Assembly: GCF_018977255.1 (NCBI RefSeq)
Contig: NW_024704742.1
Coordinates: 33,978,001 to 34,042,000 of the forward strand
Source of the DNA: Callorhinchus milii
Lineage: Eukaryota
Length of the DNA stretch: 64,000 nt
Direction of reading: 5' to 3'
Every line of letters starts with the position of its first letter. Position 1 is the first letter of the stretch. Below are positions 12,870 through 24,700 of the stretch, in pieces. A model generated the notes under the pieces. The model saw only the letters and a list, made by a program, of their open reading frames with translations. It searched no databases and was not told where the DNA came from. The position numbers were made by a program, and so were the translations under genes.

Positions 12870-13045
12870 GCCTCACACAGAGCAAGGAGAGTGTCACACA
12901 GAGTGTCTCACACAAAGATACACAAAGTGTGTAAACATACAGAGTGTACCTCATAGAGTGTAACACAGAGCGAAACACAGCTTAACACAATGTATCAGAG
13001 GTTCAAGCAGAGTGTAACACAATGTCTCACAGACTGTAACACAGA
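12870..13045. repeat. Degenerate ~12-bp minisatellite (GAGTGTCACACA-like)
   Basis: GAGTGTCACACA, GAGTGTCTCACACA, GAGTGTAACACA units repeated. Confidence 0.75.
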
Positions 13046-13649
13046 GGGAGGTTTGTGTCACATTGCATCAGGTGAGTTGAGGTTCCAATGCAATCTCTCA
13101 TCCATACTGTGAGCAAACTTCCCAGACCAATACAGTATAGTGGAATGCAAACACCATGAAGCAACAGGGCATCAAAAATCCACTGATAGGTCAACATGTT
13201 GTTTCAGTGAGTCAAAGAGCCATGTATCTGGTATCTGATAAAATATCTGTAAGGACATTACAAGTGCACATGTAGTTGGAGGAGGGTGGAGAGAGGAACA
13301 TCAGCCACAAGATAGCAAACTGAGAGTTCAGACACAGAGGAATTCAAAACGAAGACTATGGCAGAAGACTTATGAAGAGCAGTATTTGTTCAAATCCTCT
13401 TGCAATCTGAGCTGGGCAATTGTGTATTATTCCTGCATCAAGAATGCACCACTTAAAAAAGTCTACATAAGTGACTGAGCCAAATGGTTCAAACAGTACT
13501 AACTGTTGGAATAGATAGGAATAAGTTGCTGCTGGTTTGGTGATACGTGGTTAACTCAGATATGCTTTCATCAGGTGTTTGATAAATATTTTTTCAGTGT
13601 TTTTTGTAATACATAATTGACTCTATTGTAGAGCATGCACATCTATAAC

Positions 13650-13878
13650 ATGCTACTCAAAAAGAGAAGGGAATTTCTTCCAGTCTCCTGGCCAATAATT
13701 CCCTAAATAAAAATTGGTCATTCACCCCATGGCTGCTTGTAGGACATTGCTGTGTACAAATTGATGCTGTGCTCACCGAGAAAACAGTTACTACACTTAC
13801 TGAAAATCCTGTATTGGATATTGAGACGTCCTCTCGATGGAAAAGGTGCTACATCAAATGTGAAGATTATTATTATAA
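13650..13878 (+). mobile_element. Deu-domain SINE 3' portion
   Basis: AAAAGAGAAGGGAATTTC...CCTGGCCAATAATTCCC...AAAATTGGTCATTC...ATCAAATGTGAAGATTATTATT. Confidence 0.8.
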
Positions 13879-14039
13879 CACCCATATCTTCAAGTTTTCC
13901 AGAGAGACCTTTTTTAAGATGTCACATCTGTTTCATTGAACTTTACAGAAGGGAGGCATGAACCCAACACAAAGTTTACCAAACCTCTTGTTGGCATTTA
14001 CTTTTTATTTCGCTGTAATATAATCATAATATGTTCTCT

Positions 14040-14250
14040 CTCTTTTAGTGCTTTATCTTCTTGACATATCTTATGGTAAATTTCAATATCACAGCTCCAT
14101 CGCAGCTAAGCGTTTGCAGAGCTAATTAAAAGACGCTGAAGCCTCTTAGCTCTTGTTTGTACTGCACTGCATGTGGCTCCATTTTCCGTACTTGAACTCC
14201 ATTCATGAAATAGGAATTAGAAGCTGTATAGAATGAGCTGCAGATAATCC
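14040..14250. promoter_or_regulatory. Candidate conserved non-coding element
   Basis: No repeat recognised; retains CpGs; CTAATTAA homeodomain site and TGTTTGT Fox/Sox-like site. Confidence 0.35.
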
Positions 14251-15139
14251 CCCACTGATGAGCAGGATTCTCACCAGTGCGGGTTCACAAAGTGCTCATC
14301 TTGCCGCCTTGCTAAAACCCTTCAGTCACAAAACGTGCAATGAAAACACTGCCACATCTGGGCCTTCCAATGACAGGGAACCCCAGGGTCACCTGGTCAA
14401 GCCTAATAATCCTGTGGTAGGTTTATGCTTGTCACTGAACAACTCTACACCCACTCCAACAGGATACCCGCAAATCCTGGGCTAAACCGGGCCTTATAAC
14501 ATTGAAAATGAACAAACAAAGGCTTTAGGAATGGACTGCAAATTATTTATTCAATGGATTGTAAGTCCTTTTTTTAATAACTAAATTCAACGGTAAGTGA
14601 GAAGGATACCCTCACAGGAGTATCGCTTACAGCAAGATATATCAATCGACTTGTGAGCAGAGCTCAATGTCTGTCCATCTGCAAGGTGTATGGTGTCTGG
14701 ATGGAACACAAATCATTAATTCTGTACACGCACCGCAGAAGAAAGAGCAAATGGAGTTTTATAAGGCATGCCTAATGAAAACGAGTGTTAACCCTTGACG
14801 CAACTTGGTCTCCTTCTGCATCGAGGGTGCAAAGGTCGAGACTCAAAGCAGTTTGGAGTGTCTATCAGCCTCACTGACCTTTTCACTTCCCTGCTCTGCC
14901 CCGCCATGACTGACGTCCCATTCAAATATCACTGGAGAGCATGAGACATTTTCAGTCTCCTAGGATTATGAATTATTGACAGCATCGATCATCTGAATGA
15001 GCAAAAAAAATGCACAGCCATTTTTGGGCTGTTGCTCAGCTCAGTTAAGACACGTTTAGGTGATGTATTTATGTAAAATATTTAACCCAAGTGCGAAGAG
15101 GTCCTAGACTTTTTCACCTCAAAAATTGAAAACATCTGC

Positions 15140-16915
15140 TTGGCTGCATCATCCTCCCCACCCCCATGTCCCCTTCCACCCCACTCAGACCATCCACAGC
15201 GCCTTTTCCCTCCGCCACAGCTCCTGCCTCTCCGCCCTCCTTACACTCCTTTGCCCCGATTTCTCCTTCCTCCGTCTCAGCCACAATCACCCGGATGAAG
15301 TTCACCACCTGCTACCTTGAGCCCCGCCCCACCCACTTGCTGGTCACTCAACTCCCCCTTCTATCCTCCCTGCTGGCCAACACGGTCAACCAAGCTCTCT
15401 CCTTAGGCTCTGTTCCACTCCCCCATGAAAACCGTTGTGATCACACCCCTCCTCACAAAACCCACCCTCGATCCCTCTAATCTCTCACACTACCATCCAA
15501 CCTCCAACCTACCCTTCCTTGCCAAAATCCTTGAATGCATTGTTGCAGGTCAACTTCAGTCACAACTCTCCCTCCACTCCCTCCTCGAGACCCTGCAGTC
15601 TGGTTTTCGCCTGCCTACAGCACAGACAGCGCTTGTCAAAATCACAAATGACGTCCTCTCTTTCTGTGACCAGGGCTCCCTCTGCCTCCTCGTCCTCCTG
15701 AATCTCTCTGCTGAGTTCGACACAGTCAACCATGCCATCCTCCTCCATCGACTCTTCTCCCCAATCTACCTTAGTGGGACTGCACTCGCATAGTTAACCA
15801 ACCACCTCCATTCCATCTCAGGAAATGGTTTCACCTCCTGCCCCCACCGGTCACCTGCAGAGTACCCCAGGGCTCCATCCTTGGGCCTCTTCTTTTCCTT
15901 ATCTATATGCTCCTTCTGGGCGATGTCATCTGCAGACATGATGTAAACTTCCACATGTATGTGGATGACACACAAATCTACTTTGCCTCCTCCAGTACCA
16001 ACTCTAGGTCCGCCAATGTTCTATCAGCTTGTCTGGCAGACATCAATAATAATAATAATCCTTGCATTTGATATAGCGCTTTTCATGTCTTCTAGACGTC
16101 TCAATATGCTGTAAAGTGAATTGATTATATATATGTAGGCAAACGGGGCAGCCAATTGTGCACAGCAGTGACTCACAGACAGTTGTGGATTGAAAATGAC
16201 CAATTTATTATTGTTTTGGTTTTTGGAGGGATTATTATTAGGCGTGTGGAGTAAGGAATATCAAGGCCTGGATGAGTGTAAACTTCCCGCAGCTGAATAT
16301 GGACAAGTTGGAAGCCATACTTCTTGGCTCCCGTCAATGTCTTCACTCCTGTGGATCTAAACTCCTCAACCTCCTTGGGCTCTTCCTCAGACTCACTGAA
16401 ACAGTGCGCAACCTCACAAGATCCAGCTCATTCAAAACTCTACCGCCCACGTACTGACCCGGACCAAACTCTGTACCCACATCTCACCAGTTCTGGCCAG
16501 GCTCCACTGGCTCCCCATCACTGAATGGATCGACTTCCAACATCCTCAAACTTGTGTCCAAATCCATTCACTCCCTGGCACCTCCCTATCTGTCCAACTC
16601 CTCACTCCCCAATACACCACCTGGCACCTCTGCTCGACTGGCACTAGCCTCCTGCTCGTCCCTCGCACCCTCCGGCCCAACATCGGGGGTCGTGCTTTCA
16701 GCCACTACGCCCCAAAACTCCGGAACACTCTCCCTCAATCCCTCCACCTTGCCCGCGCTCTCCACTCTTTCACGTCCCGCCTGGAAACTTACCTCTTTAA
16801 TTGAGCTTACGGCCACCTCACCCCAGTTTGGAGTCAGGCTCCGCCACTGTTAAGCGCTTTGAGACACTACCCTGCGTGGAAGGCGCTATATAAGTGCAAG
16901 TTGTTGTTGTTATTG
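15140..16915 (+). mobile_element. L2 LINE, 5'-truncated, decayed reverse transcriptase through 3' tail
   Basis: KPTLDPSNLSHYHPTSNLPFLAKILE, LQSGFR, LLVLLNLSAEFDTVNH, RVPQGSILGPLLF (~15860), HMYVDDTQIY (YxDD at 15958-15969), WLPI, YAPKLRNTLP; tail AAGGCGCTATATAAGTGCAAG(TTG)n; contains frameshifts, stops and an internal deletion near 16415. Confidence 0.95.
16047..16259 (-). mobile_element. Young SINE (short variant), 5'-truncated, inserted in the L2
   Basis: Flanked by ATCAA (16042-16046 and 16260-16264); removing it restores L2 reading CLADIKAWMSVNF. Confidence 0.92.
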
Positions 16916-17365
16916 TTAACCAAGAAATCAACAGCCGAACCACAATATCTTGTGGGTTATTGAACCGTATTCCTCAATTGCGACAGATTTGGAGGGGTAA
17001 ATAAGGCTGTTTTGCTCCTTCTATTAAGCCAGTGAATAAGTGTACTATATTTTAAATTATACATGTAACATGTTATTAGTTACTAATAAGCACATATTAG
17101 TCCTTAAAATTAGCAAATAGAATAGAATATCTCAGTGCACATTTAACAAATCAGCTACATATAGAGCTCTACAAGATTTTATCTTTCGTGAAGGGCGCTA
17201 TATAAATCCAAGCTGTTCTTGTATAATTAGTGAATGGAACAAAACAAACATGCTCAGGTTAGAATGGAGGTGAGCAAAAATGTAACAATACAGTATTTGT
17301 AGCAGTGGCCTAACTACAGTAAGTTCAACATTACCTCCTTGCTTTTGTACTCCAAGCCTCTAGAA

Positions 17366-17747
17366 CAGTGCTATTTAACCCAAATTGCGGCCACTGAGAG
17401 ACAGAAATGGCCATTCTATATTAACAAGGACTCGGTATAGATGCAATACATGTAGAACATCATACATCGTTTGAACATTGTTAAAATCTGAATATAAATA
17501 GGAAATAAGTTAGTAATAAGCTTTCATACTATTTTTTACAAATTTACATTGCGAGTTGCACTGAGATTTGGACGGAGCCCTGGAGGATTCTGCATGACTG
17601 GCTGCCGCGTTTCGCCCACAAAATATACAGTCAATTTACTTTATAGTATATTCTGTGAAGTGCTTTGAAACGTCTCAAAGATGGGATCAGGCGCTATATC
17701 AAATGCAAGCATTATTATTATTATACAAACTGGGTTGGAGAGTGCTG
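17366..17747. mobile_element. Non-autonomous hAT (Charlie-like) DNA element
   Basis: Termini CAGTGCTATTTAACCCAAATTG and (reverse complement) CAGCACTCTCCAACCCAGTTTG, 15/22 identical; left flank CTCTAGAA, right flank degenerate TTCTCGAT (NTCTAGAN-type target). Confidence 0.6.
17599..17724 (+). mobile_element. SINE 3' fragment nested in the hAT element
   Basis: TGGCTGCCGCGTTTCGCCCACAAAA...GGCGCTATATCAAATGCAAGCA(TTA)n. Confidence 0.88.
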
Positions 17748-18074
17748 GTTCTCGATATAAAAACAAGGATTATGTTTGGCTTTGCTGGCCGCTGTAATTG
17801 TTGGTTGGTAGTGCTTTCAGCTCCCTAGATTTAACCTCTCCCCTAACCTAGTTCATTTCTATGATGCCTTCTGCCCAGTCACTGTTTTGTATATGCATGC
17901 CTTCAGAAATTATCCACATTGTTAGACAGTATTGATCAATACCAAACAGCAAAAACTATTCCTCAGTAGTACTGCCCCATGAAACATATTAGTCTTATGT
18001 GTTAAAACCATTGTTGATGCTGGTGCATGGCACTACACATGTCAAAATAAACATTATATGTTTCTCAACAAAGC

Positions 18075-18415
18075 TCATAGTCTAGATTGCGATTCCAACG
18101 CAATGTTGAGGGAGTGACACGTCATCCTATCGGAGGTGCCATGCTTTCAATGGGACCTTAAACCACGGTCCTCTCTGCCTGTTCAGGTCTTTAAATATCC
18201 AATTATATTATTCAAAAAAAGGGAGTTTCTCCTGGTGTCTTGGCCAACAATCCTCCAGATAAAAGTGATCATTCATTTTCTGACTGCGTGGGACACTACA
18301 GTGCCCCATTGGCTACAGCATTTGTCTACAAATACAGTTACTACAATTTACAAACAAATTTGAAGCACTTTGAGACATTTCAGGTGCTATATCAAATGCA
18401 TAGTTTATTATTTAA
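18075..18415 (+). mobile_element. Deu-domain SINE
   Basis: TCGGAGGTGCCATGCTTTC...TTAAACCACGGTCCTCTCTGCCTGTTCAGGT...TGGCCAACAATCC...TATCAAATGCA. Confidence 0.8.
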
Positions 18416-19649
18416 TTGTGCATTAAATAACCTCTACCCCAACCAAAATATATATTAGTAATTTATCTCATTAGGTGTACATTGAGGTCTGAAAAGCTAC
18501 CATATAGCCCTGGAGGATTAAAAGACTTTCCGTATGTTAAGAGTCTGATGTAAAGTCTTACACTGAGGCTTAAAGTCTTTAGACTGATAAAGTTCTCCAT
18601 CACTCAGCCAGTGAAAGTAAAACTAACAATTTAATCCCTGGGGTGAATTACCCATTTAGTTCTTGGTTTTGATGTGCTGGACAAAGTGCCATTTCTTCAA
18701 CTGAAATACTTAGTCACAAAACTGCTCCAGTCTCCATTCTCAAATTTGCTCAAGGAATTTGGGTCTATATGATTTCACGCACTCTCTACAAGACGGTAGG
18801 TATGGTATTTGTGTTGAGGGAATGTGTGGACTCATTTTGAAACACAGAATAGAATAATTTAACCTCTCTGCAAAGACTGTCATCACTTTTTTTGTGTGAC
18901 ATTTCAAGGTTCCCCACTGGATTACATCTAGGAGTTTAAAATGAAAACTGGATTATCAGAGAGTGAGATTGAACATTATAATGAGACTAATGCGTCTGAA
19001 TTGGACAGAGCAGAATGAATTTGATGCAGACCTTGTGAATATTCTGCTTTCTGAAACTCATGTTGCAGATATATTGCTCTGTGGGTTAAGCCCTCTTCTG
19101 ATCCATTCTGAATGATAGCAAATGTGTTCCTTTGCACTCAAAGTTATTTTCAATGTAGTTCAATTGTGCACTTATAGAGTACTGCCATTTATAAATTGTA
19201 ATTACTGTACTGTTTAGTTAGTTATCTATTAGCCAAACTGGAACTAAATGTTTGTTCTCTCCATCCCTAGTTTCAAAGCTCACCTTAAGACTCATCTCCA
19301 TGACCGTGCATTGGGTCATCTTTCCACCCTCCCCCCAAATCCTCTTCAGCTCCATTCCCCTGGCTTACACTGATGTCCTCCTGATGTCAGTAGTGAGGTG
19401 GATTTGGGGATCCATGAATCACTTTGCATCATGTGCCTGTTCTTGGCACCAAAAAAATCATTTGGACTTGTTGCCTCACACTGTCAGGATACTATTTTTT
19501 AAAATAAATGTTTTGTTCATATCTGGCTTGCTAAAGAAAGATTTTTTGATATTTAAAAATAAATCCCCAATTTTACCTAGAAAAAGGACCTGATTAAAAA
19601 GGACCACTCTTGATCGACACCCAGTTCAGCCTAATTAAAAACATGCTTC

Positions 19650-19822
19650 CCACAGTCACGCTGTGGGATTCCCACAACAACATTTAAAATTGAATTGGAT
19701 AAATTCCATAACTATTGCAAAAATAATAAAAGATACAGCAATGTAGCAGGAGGATAGCATTAGAGCTGATAGCTTCATTGCAAGAATGAACAGCAGCATT
19801 GACATGATTTCTCTGTATTGTA
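19650..19822 (+). mobile_element. CR1 LINE 3' end
   Basis: TTTAAAATTGAATTGGATAAATTC (FKIELDKF) followed by UTR ending TGTAAACTTTCTATAATTTTGTA. Confidence 0.55.
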
Positions 19823-21212
19823 AACTTTCTATAATTTTGTAGTTTGGCAGAAGAGCTTAATAACTGACATGCATAAGATGCCTAAATAACTCTTTTAAAT
19901 TAGTGATCTACAGTGGCACAAGCCTATTGTTTTGCTACTTATATGGATTAGAATATCAACAGAACAGATTTTGAAGCTTGGAAGACAAACTAAACCAGGC
20001 TATGTGACAAAGCTTGTTTCCAACCAGCCAAATACTTCCAAAGACCTCAGCAAATGTAAACAGAACAGCTTTGGAAAATAAAATGAATAACCAGGCTCAT
20101 CTGATAATGTGGTATTCTTTTGACAGTGTTTCTGGCAAGGGACGAAGGGACGCAATTACATTTATAAGAACCGGAACCTTACAGTAATTAAATGTTTAGT
20201 GAAAGTCTGCAGTCTATAAAAACATTGTTGAACCTCCGCATGATGTGATTGCTCTGAATGGTCCAACAATGCTACGTTTATATAGTGTAAACATATACAA
20301 TACAAAGTCAACTCTAATGACCTGTCACTTACTCTGATGCCTCAAAGTTCAACTGCAGGGCAATTACCCTCACTTGGAAAGTTTAACTTTACAGATTCAA
20401 ACCAGATTGCATACACAGCACTTCAGCGCAGTAACTGGAACATTGAGCAAGCTGTCCTCCCTAGATGGCAGTCTTTAACTTTCTTCGGTTCGCTTGCACA
20501 TTACCATCAATCAAGGTGATCTTTTGATTCCAAATATTGGCTGCATGTGTAAATAAATCCTACATTAAATGTACTTTAGCGGCCTCCTCATCATTAGCTT
20601 GTGGGTTGTCTAAATCTGTGACATCCTACATTCTTTTCATGTAGAATAGATTAGTGCTACAATAACCCATGTAGCACAATACCACAATAACAGGCCAGTC
20701 TTCCTCTTGATATGCAGGTTTTTGCTTATATATCATGAATATTCATCCATACCCATATAGCACCAGGATCTGCTTATATTTTTGACCAGTCTGTAGAGTA
20801 AATCTGAAGGAAAAGGAAATTATGTGTCAACAGCAGCCAAGGTGTCCCCAATAACTCAGTATGTGGCAGATCCAAACAGAGCCAAACATAATGGAAGATT
20901 ATGTTGGTAAAAGGTGATGTGGGAAAAAATCTGTGTGTTATCGCTCGATAGCATTTGACATCTGAAACCGAAGCCAATGTCACCTATGGATTACCACTTT
21001 ATTACAATAAAGTGACATACATTTTGCCCATATTTATTTTCTCTTTCACATGAGGAGAAAATGTGATGTTTGCCCTGGTTTGCCTACCCACTGCCAGGGC
21101 TGCTTTATGGACATCTGATGCTAGAAAGTATTCTTGTAGAAGGAAGACTGGACAAAGTTCCTGTTCCACTTCCACCCCCTCCCCCCTTGCTACTCAGGTT
21201 TTTGATGCTATT

Positions 21213-21243
21213 GTGCTCCATCTGGTGGTCAATTGAAATTGCC
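21213..21243 (-). promoter_or_regulatory. Candidate CTCF site
   Basis: Minus strand GGCAATTTCAATTGACCACCAGATGGAGCAC: core CCACCAGATGGAGC (one mismatch to CCASYAGRKGGCRS) with an upstream GCAATTTC motif. Confidence 0.4.
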
Positions 21244-22134
21244 AAATGTCATTCTAACTGCAAGTTAGTAAATTTTATCATCTTTAATAAGATAAAAAAA
21301 TGTTCTCGGGAAAGTGATAGAGATACTAGTACTAGATACATATTTAAAGAGGAATAACTTGCAGAGGTATGGGGAAAAGGCAGCTTTATTCAAAGAGCCA
21401 TCACTAACACAATGTGTTGAATTGCCTTCTTCTGCCCAGGTCAGATCCAAGTTCTTCGGGTTCAATTTTGACCTCTAGGGTATTCCCTGCAGAAAAAGTA
21501 GCACTTGTAACAAATGAGGCACTTTTCCCAGCATGAGACATCAGTAATGTGCCTGCTTTGGTTGTAAGCTTTCTGGCTTATTGCTGTCATGCATTTTGTT
21601 TGTAGGCAAATGTTGAACCTTCTTACCCGGAGGTTGACATATTGTAAGTGATATAGGGATGTACCTGTTTAAAATGAACAGGTTTATTGTTTTTGAGGTG
21701 AAATTGCACTGGAACATTGAATATCTGGATGTCATGTATCCATGTTCAGGCCCCAATGTGGAATTGAACTCGTGGCTGCGATGCCGGCAAAATAAAAAGT
21801 GCATTCAGCTGCACATCCAGGTTCCTAGGACCATGGTGTACCCTCACCGCGTGACTGTGAACCAGCAGAGATGTGATTATTTAATGGTCTGTTGTTATTG
21901 TGGTATTATACTGTCACAGTATAGAGTTAGAGATGGGAAGAGAGAAAGAGAGAAAGAGAAAGTCATAGAGAGGACAAGAAACAGAAAGGGAAAGAGAGAG
22001 AAATAAAGCATTGGAGAGAGTCAGGGTTGGAGTAGCAGAGAGGGAAGGGGTGGCAAAGTGTGATACTATAGTGATATAAAAATTTTTGGTTAGCACTGGA
22101 GCTCTGCATGACAAACAATTATGTGTGCTGTTTC

Positions 22135-22194
22135 CTTCCGCTCTGAGATGCTATCCTGTGTGAAAGGCGCTATATAAATGCAAGTTGTTGTTGT
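22135..22194 (+). mobile_element. L2 3' tail
   Basis: CGCTCTGAGATGCTATCCTGTGTGAAAGGCGCTATATAAATGCAAG(TTG)n. Confidence 0.8.
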
Positions 22195-22269
22195 TATCCA
22201 CAAAGGAATTAATTGGTACAGATAAGGTTCTCTCTAACAAAAAATGCTGTTCTTTGTGTATTTAGGAGT

Positions 22270-22422
22270 TTCATCCACAAAATATCCCCAAAAAAATCAA
22301 TTAACTTTACAATATATTCTGTGAAGCGCTTTGAAATGTCTCAACGACGTGATGAAGTGCTATATCAAATGCAAGGATTATTATATATTATAATAATAAT
22401 CCTTGCATTTGATATAGCACTT
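22270..22422. mobile_element. SINE 3' fragment (+) joined tail-to-tail to a very short inverted tail (-)
   Basis: Perfect 30-bp inverted repeat, 22355-22384 versus 22393-22422. Confidence 0.85.
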
Positions 22423-23414
22423 TATGGTATATATAGCAAAGAATACTAAGAAATATATAGTTTTTATTAATTAGGAACAGAAATGTTTCATTTTCATACC
22501 AATTTCTTACAACAACACAATTGCAAAAAGGGCCTTTCACATTGAAAGGACATTAATTGCAATTAGTTAATTTCACGTTGGAAGGACAATAATTTAATTA
22601 ATGAATGAATTAATATGCCTGTTGTTTAATAGACTAGCAAAAAAAAACTTTGTCTTGTTATTATAACCTCCTTAAACATGGGCTTGGTGTAGACTTGATT
22701 TCCTAGTTGGTAAGGAATTCTTCACATTTGCAAATATCACCTGTGGTTTCATTGCTGGCTTTGTTGAAAGGGCTGCTGGACAGGCAGGGCTGAACAAGTG
22801 CTGTACCCAGCCTTCTTGTGACCTCAAAATAGGGGCTGATTTGCAATATTTGACAAACAGCTAATGGTGATTTCTGAAAGCTTGAAAAAGTGAATATAAA
22901 GTGTGTAGAGCAAAACTCCGCTGGTCCCGATTCCCTTTCAGCCTTTTCTTTTAAGCACTTTGGCAGGTTGTGTTGATTGCTATTAGCGTTTTGCAAACAT
23001 TGCAAATTAGGCTCCAATTAAATCATTGACACAGATGTACTGAAACTGTGACCTTACCTCTGAACCTTTTTGGGAGGGAAGGCAAACATGTAGTTCCAAT
23101 CCATGTCAGAAGACCACAGCACCCATTCTCTGTCACAGGACACCTCCACCTTCAGCCTGGTTTGTAAATAAGTGCAAAGTGTTTGGTTGATAGATTATTT
23201 TACAGCAATGCATAGCTGTCAGATTACTAGAAGTGGGGCATCGCACTGGAAGCTTTCAGAAGATAAAAGACAAGTTGTCTTGGGTGGCCACCTATCCTGT
23301 TTGGATTGTACTCTGTGTTTTGTTTGAGTGGGCTGTCTGGAAATTTCTAAAAATACAAACCAGACACCAAAAAGGTCTAAAATCCATTCTTTTTTAATTA
23401 CAAACAACTCTTAC

Positions 23415-23580
23415 GATAATAATCCTCCCATTTGACATAGCACCTTATCATGTCGTCGAGACGTGTCAAAGCGCTTCACAGGTTTTTTACTCCAAAGTGC
23501 AGTGACTGTGTACATACAGGTGAACGTGGCAGCCAATCTGCACACAACAAAGTCCGAGAAACAGTAATCAAGTGAATGAG
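23415..23580 (-). mobile_element. SINE 3' half
   Basis: ATAATAATCCTCCCATTTGACATAGCAC...AAAGCGCTTCACAGG...GGCAGCCAATCTGCACAC. Confidence 0.8.
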
Positions 23581-23711
23581 TCTATGATGTGCAGCAAAAA
23601 AATTAAATTTATTTAAATCTTCAATAAATTTTGCTGCCCCTATCCACAGGGCTTCTGCCTGACTTTGGGTTGGGCAAAAGTTGTCAGCTCTAGGTCAGTA
23701 GTGATATTAAA

Positions 23712-24098
23712 AAAAATAATAATCCTTGCATTTGGTACAGTGCCTTTCCCATCCAGAGGACCTCCAAAAGCACGTAAATTAGAGAGACTGTGTATTTTCT
23801 GGTTGAATGCGGCAGCCAATTTACGGGCAGGAATGTCCGACAAACAGCCATGGAGTGAATGAACACTTGGGGGAACTTTGGCTGGGACACCGGGAGAAAA
23901 TCCTTTCTCTTTTCGATTCGTGCATGGGATCTTTAACATCCACCTGAACAGGCAAACGAGGCCTCGATTTAATATCTCATCCAAAGTACAACAGCTCCAA
24001 CAATACACTGAGCGTGAGTTCAAAGTTCAGACATGGGGCTTGAACCCACAACCGCCTGACTCAGACAAGAATGCTATCAGCTAAGGCAGCCTGACACA
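23712..24098 (-). mobile_element. Deu-domain SINE, near full length
   Basis: Tail, GGGATCTTTAACATCCACCTGAACAGGCAAAC, TTGAACCCACAACC head in reverse orientation. Confidence 0.85.
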
Positions 24099-24259
24099 TC
24101 AACTGAGGCAACTTCACACATTCTCACCAGCGGTTAACAGACTGGCATGATACACTCATAGTCAGCGATAATCAGACTCTATTCCTGTTTGTTCATAGGA
24201 CAACAAAAATGATTGAGGAATCTTGGAGACGGAATTTAGATTTGAAAGGCTTCAGGTAA

Positions 24260-24700
24260 CATAATAATTAAATGATCCTTTCACCTAGGGAGGATGTCTG
24301 AAAGCGCTCCACAGGAGTTATTGTGAGGTGAGGGGACAATGTATTTTGTAGGTGAACTCAGCAGCCAATTTAGGCACAATTTGGGCAATGTCCCCACAAA
24401 CAGCCATGAAGCTAATGAATAATTTTATCTGCAACATTCAGTTCACTGGGAGAAACTCCATTCTCTTTTAGGAATAGTACCATGGAATCTCTAACAACCA
24501 CCTGCTCAGGCAGAAGGAACATTCATCCGAAGGGAGACACCTCCAACAATGGGACAGGATCTCAGTTTAACGTCTCATCTGAAGGATGGCACCTCCAACA
24601 ATGCAGCTCACCCGAAGCACTGTATTGGAGTGTCAGCCTAGTCTGTGAGCTCAAAGTCCCGAATGGCTTGAAAGCAGAAGGTTAAAAGATTCACTACTCG
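24260..24700 (-). mobile_element. Deu-domain SINE
   Basis: TTTAACGTCTCATCTGAAGGATGGCACCTCCAACAATGCAGC...GGAGTGTCAGCCTAG. Confidence 0.8.

Larger units (their letters stand above)
17310..17960 (-). mobile_element. CR1 LINE ORF2 fragment interrupted at 17366-17747
   Basis: CCTTGCTTTTGTACTCCAAGCCTCTAGA joins TATAAAAACAAGGATTATGTTTGGCTTTG; the reverse strand encodes the CR1 KANxILxxIxRGxEYKS region. Confidence 0.7.

Noticed and set aside
12870..13045. CRISPR-like repeat array
   Set aside because: Degenerate 12-bp tandem units without unique spacers, in vertebrate DNA.
15425..15793. Functional reverse transcriptase gene
   Set aside because: Frameshifts, stops, a SINE insertion and an internal deletion; dead L2 copy.
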